NCBI RefSeq assembly: GCF_006345805.1
Contig: NW_021830092.1
Span: forward strand, 1 to 5,288
DNA: 5,288 nucleotides
Origin: Octopus sinensis
Taxonomy: Eukaryota
Direction: 5' to 3'
Position 1 is the first letter of the stretch. Every line of letters starts with the position of its first letter. The notes under the pieces were generated by a model. It ran no database searches, had not been told where the DNA came from, and was given only the letters and a program-made list of their open reading frames with translations. Positions 1 through 5,288 of the stretch are shown piece by piece. Position numbers and translations under genes: made by a program.

Positions 1-510
1 ACTTCTCAGATTTTGACTCACTGTTCCCAGGACTCCGACAATTATTGGTACTACTACCACCTCTTTTATCGATTATAACTGCTTAACCTCCCAAGCTAAC
101 CTGTCATATCTTATCAGCTTTTCTTTCTTCCTTATTGCATACCTTGATTTCAGCTGGGCATGCTATATCTATGATCCAGCATAGTTTGTTTCCTTTCTCA
201 ATTAAAACTATGTCTGGTTTCCTATTCTCAATCTCATGGTCGCACTGAATCATCAAATTCCATAGGATCTTTGCATTATCATTTTCGATGATGCCTGCTG
301 GCTTATGTTCGTACCACTTTTTTGGTGTACATTGACTGGTAATATGCCATACAGTTTCACCATTTTGTCCATAAATTCTGCACTTATTACTTTATGGTGT
401 GTTGTCTATTCTGTTTTTGATGTAATTGGTTCTTAATACTTGCTCTTGGGCAGCACAGATTAGAGCGTCCGTTTCCAGTTTTAAATCACTTTTTGTCATC
501 CAAAGCCATT
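1..510 (-). pseudogene. CCHC zinc knuckle plus restriction-like endonuclease (PD-D) domain of the R4-like ORF, inactivated
   Basis: Knuckle at 329-382 reads C-R-I-Y..H..C (second Cys is Tyr). KPD..IDIACP at ~156-220. In-frame stops at 392-394 and 73-75. Frameshifts near 505-515 (A7 run) and ~111. Confidence 0.88.
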
Positions 511-613
511 TTTTTCTCTGTCTGTCTTATCTTCAACATCCCAATGTTCATACATTCTTTTCTTTATCCACCTATTTTCAGTTTTATTCATTCTCAAGTA
601 CTTGTACAGTGCT

Positions 614-1000
614 TTATCTTTGCAATCTTCCATATATCACACAAGCCTGACCTTCATACTTACAATAATAGTGATTTTTTACATACCATGCTATGTTGCT
701 TTCCTCTGCTTTAATGCGGTGTTCGCATCCAATCAGTCCTCTTCCCCTTCTTTTTCTTGGTACATACAGTCTGTCTGTGTCACTTTTGGGGTGGAGTATC
801 TCATATCTAGTCAGCAACTTCCTTGTCTTTCTGTCTAAGCTGTTATGTTCGTCTACTTCCCATGCAATTACTCCTACTCCATATCTAAGTAGTACAATCG
901 CCTCAAACTTATTCCGTCCGTTTAATTTCGACTTAAGGATCGATCTCAGTCCGCGCAAGTACTTCACCTTAATTTTTTTTGTCATTTCTTCCTCCATCAA
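614..1000 (-). pseudogene. Post-RT (thumb/linker) segment of the R4-like ORF; longest surviving open stretch
   Basis: ORF-track 614..1000. Family-like up to ..IAWYVKN, after which a frameshift gives unrelated sequence. The likely true frame has stops (cta tta ttg TAA gta TGA agg tca ggc ttg tgt) before resuming as MEDCKDKALYK..RWIKKRM. Confidence 0.85.
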
Positions 1001-1184
1001 TTATTTTTTTCCTTCTTTCTTCAAATTTTCTTCCATTTGTCGCCGAGTGTTTTCCGTACACCTAGGGCAGGGAAGCTTATTGTATGCATTCGCAGATTAC
1101 ACGCGCAAATTCACAGGAAAATATGTATTTAAAAAAAATTAATAAATAAATAAATTCCAGTTAACACGATTTTTTGCGCTTCCT

Positions 1185-1185
<1 letters not shown>

Positions 1186-1232
<47 letters not shown>

Positions 1233-1278
1233 TACTATTATCATCATTATCATCATCATCATCATTATCACTATTATT
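1186..1278. repeat. Compound trinucleotide microsatellite (TAT)15 grading into (CAT)n
   Basis: Perfect TAT units at 1186-1230, then mixed TAT/CAT/CAC units. Confidence 0.97.
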
Positions 1279-1401
1279 CATGTACAAGTAGCTGTGTATT
1301 CATCGTTACTTTAATTTCCTCAATTGTAGAAAAATTGAAGCATGTCAATGATAATTGCTGGGTATATTGAACATATTTTGCGTGTGACTTTTGGCCCAAC
1401 C

Positions 1402-1443
1402 TATATATATATATATAAATATATATAAAAATATATAAAAATA
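1402..1443. repeat. Imperfect (TA)n microsatellite
   Basis: TATATA run interrupted by short A tracts. Confidence 0.95.
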
Positions 1444-1689
1444 GATGAGTGTATTTTTACCTTGTTAACAATTTTTTTAACAATATTAATAGCGTTCTGT
1501 CTATCGCTATACAAATCCCTCATTTTTTGCTAAAATGTCTTATTGACGAGTTTCGTTTTTTCACTTTCTGGGGAGAAGATTGCATTGTTTATACCACTTA
1601 TTCTTTTGAATAGTATCAGTGGAATTTTCGAAACATGTGTCGAAAATAAAATATTGATTACACCTGCGTTAACTCCATTTTTATTATTC

Positions 1690-1764
1690 ATATATATATA
1701 TATATATAATATATATATTATATTATAATATATATATATATATATAATATATACATATACACAC
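1690..1764. repeat. Imperfect (TA)n microsatellite ending in CA units
   Basis: Directly visible. Confidence 0.95.
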
Positions 1765-2293
1765 GAGTCAGTGGACAGCGAAAGTAAATGGCACTCAACA
1801 CATTTGCTAGAGGTCGCGCTTATTATCTAATAACTGTTCGACTCGGCTCCAAACAAGTTTCGTTAGTTTGTAGAACGAACCGAGATCATAAGGCATTCGG
1901 AGATCAAGTAACAGGAAATGAAACAAATATATATTTATTTTCTTACACCATTTGTCCATTATCCTCACCTTTATTTCAAAGTCAACGACAGGTTTATGAC
2001 AAACAAACCATATTCTTTCTTTCCAAAACCCCAGTAACTGTTCCTCAATTCTTAGTATCAATTAATAATCTTACATACGTACGTGTATACTGCGTAAAAA
2101 AACCTTTTCGACCTCACTTTGGGTAGATGTTTAGTTTGTCTTAACTGTCATCATAGCGTAGCTTTTTGTTTTTGTTTGGTGGGGGTTATGATGGGGCGAG
2201 GATTTGGAGCGTAATTCTTGTCTGGGTCTTTTAGAAGAACAAAAAGTGAAGGATAGAACCATCAAGTGCAGATTGAGATATGATGTGATGACC

Positions 2294-2399
<106 letters not shown>

Positions 2400-2404
2400 A
2401 CTGA

Positions 2405-2582
2405 CATATATATACATATATGTATATGCGTGTGTATATCTGTATAGATATATATGTATAAAAATACATATGTAGGTATATATATATATATGTGGTGTGT
2501 GTGTGTGTGTGTGTGTGTGTGTTTATATACATGTTTATATCTATGTCTATGTTTGTATGTACGTATATGTATTTGAGAGTAT
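2405..2582. repeat. TA/TG-rich simple repeat including (GT)14 at 2495-2522
   Basis: Alternating purine-pyrimidine TA, TATG and TG units directly visible. Confidence 0.93.
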
Positions 2583-2632
2583 GTCAGTTTGTTTCACAAA
2601 GTTTAACTTTCCTTTTTATCTCTCTACTCTAC

Positions 2633-2720
2633 CATCATCATAATCATCATCACCTTCATCATCATCATCATTATCATCATCATCATCATCACATCATCAT
2701 CATCATCATCATCATCATCA
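2633..2720. repeat. Imperfect (CAT)n microsatellite
   Basis: CAT units with occasional AAT/CAC/TAT variants and one register slip near 2691. Confidence 0.97.
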
Positions 2721-2887
2721 CTGCACTTCGTTTGAGGTTTGAATATCTCATATGGCCACACACGCTGATGGTTTGTGCGAATATTAACGAGGCAACAAGT
2801 TAAATATCAGAATTGACTGAGTAAAAAAAATAATTTTAATGTAAAGAAGTGGAGTTGTAAAGACGTGAGCGATGCAAGCTGCAGTAA

Positions 2888-3110
2888 GTGGTGGAGGCGC
2901 TGGTCCTGATGATGAGGAGGAGGATATAATGATGACGACGACGACAGTTCAGGTTGATCGTAGTAGTGGTAGTGATGTTAATGGCAGAAGATGGTTCACT
3001 GTAGTGGTGATAGTCTCAGTGATGTTGCTGCTGCCGTTTTTTATAGCTCTATTTGCTGTCGTTGCTGCTGCTGCTGCTGCTTTTTTTGCTGGCTTTGATT
3101 TTGTTGTTAA
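2888..3110. repeat. Degenerate trinucleotide low-complexity tract (GGT/GAT/GAG/GAC/AGT/GCT units)
   Basis: Short runs of GAT, GAG, GAC, GTA/GTG and (GCT)6 in succession. Confidence 0.7.
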
Positions 3111-3452
3111 GCCAAGTCAGCCCTGATCCACTTGACCAATCTTTAAATATGCTTCAGCTGTGACCATCCCTTCTTATATTCCATATTACCGATGGAACAA
3201 ATACTGCTCTGTTCAATGTCATGTGTTAAGTGAGCTCATGAAGGAAGCTTAATAGTGGCCTAGTTTGGCTGCTGCCGCCTGGCTTAATACCTCCATCTGC
3301 TTTTGGTGTATTTAGCAGATTCCTCTCTATTGCATGCATGCGGACGAGATCTCCGGTCTGAGCATACTTTTCATCTCCCTCCGACCAGCTTCAGAAGTCC
3401 GGTAAGGAGTCCGGAACACTGCTTATTTACTCTTGACTACGCGATAAACAAA

Positions 3453-3471
3453 ATAGATAGATAGATAGATA
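3453..3471. repeat. (ATAG)4+ATA at the 3' end of the Tx1-like LINE, reading (TCTA)n on the element strand
   Basis: Starts 7 nt after the minus-strand AATAAA. Confidence 0.93.
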
Positions 3472-3477
3472 TGTTTC

Positions 3478-3483
3478 TTTATT
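3478..3483 (-). promoter_or_regulatory. AATAAA polyadenylation-type signal at the LINE 3' end
   Basis: Plus-strand TTTATT. The minus strand reads GGCT-AATAAA-GAAACA-TATCTATCTATC. Confidence 0.6.
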
Positions 3484-3851
3484 AGCCACATAGGGCTGCA
3501 CACAGATAGAACAAATTACAAGGTAGAGCTTTTCTTTTGAAGGTTTAAAAAAAAAAAAAAGGAAGGGGATTTCGATCAAAAGGGATCGTAAAAGGAGAGA
3601 GAAAGAGGACAAAAAAAGGGGGTTAAAAAAAAAAGGGGGAGAGGAAGAAAAAAAATAAAAATTTGATCAATAGGGATCGTTATCACAGAAATGTCAATAT
3701 GAAGTGTAAAGGGGAGGACAGGTGAGGTTTACCCGTGGAAAGAAAAGCCTACGGAAAAGACCACGGTAACCTCGGTCAATGGAGTCACATGTTATATTTC
3801 TTTTTTTTTTTTTTTTGCAAATAAGCAACTCTCTGTTTTCAATTTCTGGGT

Positions 3852-4466
3852 TCATAGGATCATGCTCAAGGTGGCTTCGTCATTCATACGTGCCATTCTT
3901 GCTACATTCACCCATCTTTTTAAAACATTCGCTAGACAAAACTTGCCTTCTACTCTCACTTTCCTTTTCAAGTGGTACTTGAAGAAGTTGATGAGAATTT
4001 GACCAGAGAGGAAGTGTTTGTCTCCAATCCTTTCAGACGCGTCCACCAGATACATTCTTTCGCATAGCCACAAGGATGATGAAAATAGCTCTTCCTTCCC
4101 GTTTGAGGAGGGGAGGCGTGACAATATTGACGATAGACTCAGCTGATAAACGACTCGTCCCACACGTGACAGCAGTTGTTCGACAATCACAGGTCGGAAA
4201 TTGTGGGACACTGCACGAGTGCGCGTGCAGAACGGTTCGTCGCTCTGACCGCATCTCGGCAGGTCGGCCCCGTGTTTCTCGAGCCGTGTCTGTAGAGCTT
4301 ATCCCGAAAGGGTAGCGCTTCTCGGTAGCACTGCCAGGCCAGGGATCTCTGGAAGTGTCCATGGGCCCTGGCCCGAAGTCGTCCTGAACAGGGGGTCAGG
4401 TACTCCTCGTCGACGTCCAGGTTCGCCCCGAGCTCGTCGTCGTAACCTCCCCTCCACTAAACCCCT
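3852..4466 (-). pseudogene. Frameshifted C-terminal ~200 aa of LINE ORF2 with CCHC zf-RVT knuckle (~4205-4262)
   Basis: The ORF-track entries 3852..4211 and 4033..4362 each carry pieces of the same protein in different frames. Confidence 0.85.
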
Positions 4467-4564
4467 ATAGATAGCTAGATGATAGATAGATAGATAGATA
4501 GATAGATAGAGAAGAGAGAGGGAGAGAGAGAGAGAGAGAAGGGGAGAGGGAGAGAGAGAGAGAG
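4467..4564. repeat. (GATA)n array (4467-4510, two interruptions) followed by a GA-rich purine tract
   Basis: Directly visible; abuts the 5'-truncation point of the LINE. Confidence 0.95.
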
Positions 4565-4565
4565 A

Positions 4566-4750
4566 TTTGGGTGGAGGGGACTAGTCGATTTCATCGACCC
4601 CAGTGTTTCACTGATACTTAATTTATCGATTCTGAAAGGATGAAAGGCAGAGTTGACCTTGGCGGAATTTGAACTCAGAACACGAAGACAGACGAAATGC
4701 CGCTAAGCATTTCTGCCCGGCGTGCCAACGATTCTGCCGACTCACCGCCT
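4566..4750 (-). mobile_element. tRNA-derived SINE copy A (3' end clipped or eroded at the GA tract)
   Basis: Minus strand: AGGCGGTGAGT-CGGCAGAATCG (A-box-like, 4729-4739)...GAGTTCAAATTCC (B box, 4664-4676)-GCC-AAGGTCAACTCTGCCTTTCATCCTTTCAGAATCGATAAATTAAGTATCAG.. It is colinear with copy B over ~185 nt. Confidence 0.85.
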
Positions 4751-4761
4751 TAATAATAAAA

Positions 4762-4824
<63 letters not shown>
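4751..4824. repeat. (TAA)n array; the (ATT)n 3' tail of SINE B and 5' flank of SINE A
   Basis: 74 nt of TAA units with one AAA interruption. Confidence 0.97.
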
Positions 4825-4825
<1 letters not shown>

Positions 4826-5027
4826 GTTTCAAGTTTTGGAGGAGGGATAAGTCGATTACATCGACCCCGCTCCCAGGATTTCACTGAAACTTGATTTATG
4901 GACCCCTAAAGGATGCAAGGCAAATTCGACCATGGCGGAATTTGAACTCAGAATGTAGCGGCAGACGAAATGAAAAACCGCTAAGTATTTCCCCCGGCGT
5001 GCTAACGATTCTGCCAGCTTGCCGCCT
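4825..5027 (-). mobile_element. tRNA-derived SINE copy B
   Basis: Minus strand: AGGCGGCAAGC-TGGCAGAATCG (A box, 5006-5016, one mismatch to TRGCNNARYGG)...GAGTTCAAATTCC (B box, 4937-4949)-GCC..GTCGAATTTGCCTTGCATCCTTTAGGGGTCCATAAATCAAG..GGGGTCGATGTAATCGACTTATCCC..GAAACC-(ATT)n. Confidence 0.87.
4937..5016 (-). promoter_or_regulatory. Type-2 Pol III internal promoter (A box and B box) of SINE B; SINE A has the equivalent at 4664-4739 with a T-to-C change in its A box
   Basis: TGGCAGAATCG and GAGTTCAAATTCC separated by 56 nt (52 nt in copy A). The head is bracketed by GGCGG...CCGCC, like a tRNA acceptor stem. Confidence 0.65.
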
Positions 5028-5083
<56 letters not shown>

Positions 5084-5084
5084 A
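5028..5084. repeat. Perfect (TAG)18 followed by one TAA unit
   Basis: TAG units at 5028-5081 and TAA at 5082-5084. Confidence 0.98.
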
Positions 5085-5288
5085 ATTTAAGCATGCCTTC
5101 AAGTTATATCCTGAAGCAGTAATAAGTACACATGTGCATCGCTACGCGTTTGACTTGGTTTTTTTGCGGGATTTTTTTGTGATACAGAGTTTAATTTCTA
5201 TATTTGCTTCTATTTTTTTTTTTGAAAGCGACTATAAATTCTACTAACTCGTATAGACAATCTTCTACTGACACGTTTACTAACTAAT

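Larger units (their letters stand above)
1..1006 (-). mobile_element. Decayed R4/Dong-clade (RLE-type) non-LTR retrotransposon fragment; its 3' end lies beyond the left window edge
   Basis: Manual minus-strand translation across frameshifts: LMEEEM..YLRGLRSILKSKLNGRNKFEAI/VLLRYGVGVIAW..LDRKTRKLLTRYEILHPKSDTDRLYVPRKRRGRGLIG, then WLWMTKSDLKLETDALICAAQEQVLRTNYIK, CRIYGQNGETVWHITSQC, KWYEHKPAGIIENDNAKILWNLMIQCDHEIENRKPDIVLIEKGNKLCWIIDIACP, YDRLAWEVKQL*SIKEVVVVPIIVGVLGTV. The order (HPKS..RLY.PR..GGRGL, AAQEQ, CCHC, PD..D, VP...G.LG) is the recognised single-ORF architecture of R4/Dong/Rex6 elements. Confidence 0.92.
3472..4466 (-). mobile_element. 5'-truncated L1-group LINE, most likely Tx1 clade (ORF2 C-terminus plus 3'UTR)
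   Basis: Frameshift-corrected minus translation: YRGLVEGR/YDDELGANLDVDEEYLT/LFRTT/GPGPMD/FQRSLAWQCYREALPFRDKLYRHGSRNTGPTC/RCGQSDE/VLHA/LVQCPTISDL..EQLLSRVGRV/LSAESIVNIVTPPLLKREGRAIFIILVAM/CIWWTRLKGLETN/SGQILINFFKYHLKRKVRVE..KRWVNVARMARMNDEATLSMIL*. The LAW..Y..ALP..DKL..HG..CxxC..E(T)V.H...C pattern is the zf-RVT region of L1/Tx1 ORF2. It is followed by TGA (3852-3854), a pyrimidine-rich 3'UTR and AATAAA. The Tx1 versus other L1-group assignment is inferred. Confidence 0.85.

Noticed and set aside
426-1142. Plus-strand ORFs 426..650, 493..714, 602..838 and 693..1142
   Set aside because: They are antisense shadows of the R4-like coding sequence. The plus-strand ORFs at 3779..3982 and 4076..4315 are likewise antisense to the Tx1-like element.
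1842-1884. Nested short inverted repeats CTCGG/CCGAG and CAAAC/GTTTG
   Set aside because: These are two 5-bp stems with asymmetric gaps, which is expected by chance.
1788-2126. 112-aa ATG-initiated ORF in non-repetitive sequence
   Set aside because: No recognisable motif or homology and no supporting gene structure. The length is within what chance can produce. It would need RNA-seq or homology evidence.
2872-3126. 84-aa ATG-initiated ORF with acidic, poly-Thr, hydrophobic and poly-Ala stretches, resembling a small membrane protein
   Set aside because: The composition is fully explained by degenerate trinucleotide repeats. There is no recognisable domain, and the opposite-strand frames contain stops.
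4661-4750. Possible tRNA gene (A and B boxes, GGCGG..CCGCC ends)
   Set aside because: The T-stem does not pair, there is no clear anticodon arm, and it continues into a shared body and repeat tail in both copies. It is a SINE head.
4751-4824. Idea that the SINE is mobilised by the R4/Dong-like element because both touch TAA repeats
   Set aside because: The polarity is opposite: (ATT)n on the SINE strand versus (TAA)n on the R4 strand. The R4 3' end is outside the window, so no shared tail can be shown.
3573-4865. Shared CGAT/ATCG stems suggesting the SINE tail derives from the Tx1-like 3'UTR
   Set aside because: The similarity is limited to 4-5 nt, the flanks do not align, and the tails differ (ATT versus TCTA).
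4566-5084. CRISPR-like or satellite interpretation of the two ~190-nt repeats with spacers
   Set aside because: There are only two diverged long units, the spacers are microsatellites, and the context is eukaryotic.
4623-5247. Poly-Leu, poly-Asn and poly-Ser ORFs
   Set aside because: These are read-throughs of SINE sequence and TAA/TAG arrays.

Overview
AT-rich, microsatellite-dense non-coding eukaryotic DNA. It is probably an octopus/cephalopod genome; this is inferred from the repeat landscape and recalled repeat families, not from a search. No intact host gene, rRNA, tRNA or CRISPR array is supportable. The window holds four retroelement copies, all on the minus strand. (1) A decayed R4/Dong-clade non-LTR retrotransposon (post-RT region, CCHC knuckle, PD-D restriction-like endonuclease) at 1-~1006, running off the left edge. 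(2) A ~1 kb 5'-truncated L1/Tx1-type LINE (zf-RVT C-terminus, stop, 380-nt 3'UTR, AATAAA) at 3472-4466, with GATA repeats on both sides. (3-4) Two head-to-tail tRNA-derived SINE copies at 4566-4750 and 4825-5027, separated by (TAA)n and preceded by (TAG)18. Most other ORFs in the track are microsatellite or antisense artefacts. The best leads are apparent microsatellite-specific targeting (Tx1 in GATA, SINE in TTA, possibly R4 in TAA), a possibly retained R4 5' leader fused by internal deletion, and a degenerate Penelope-type hammerhead-like motif between two (TA)n arrays. All are hypotheses from a single locus.
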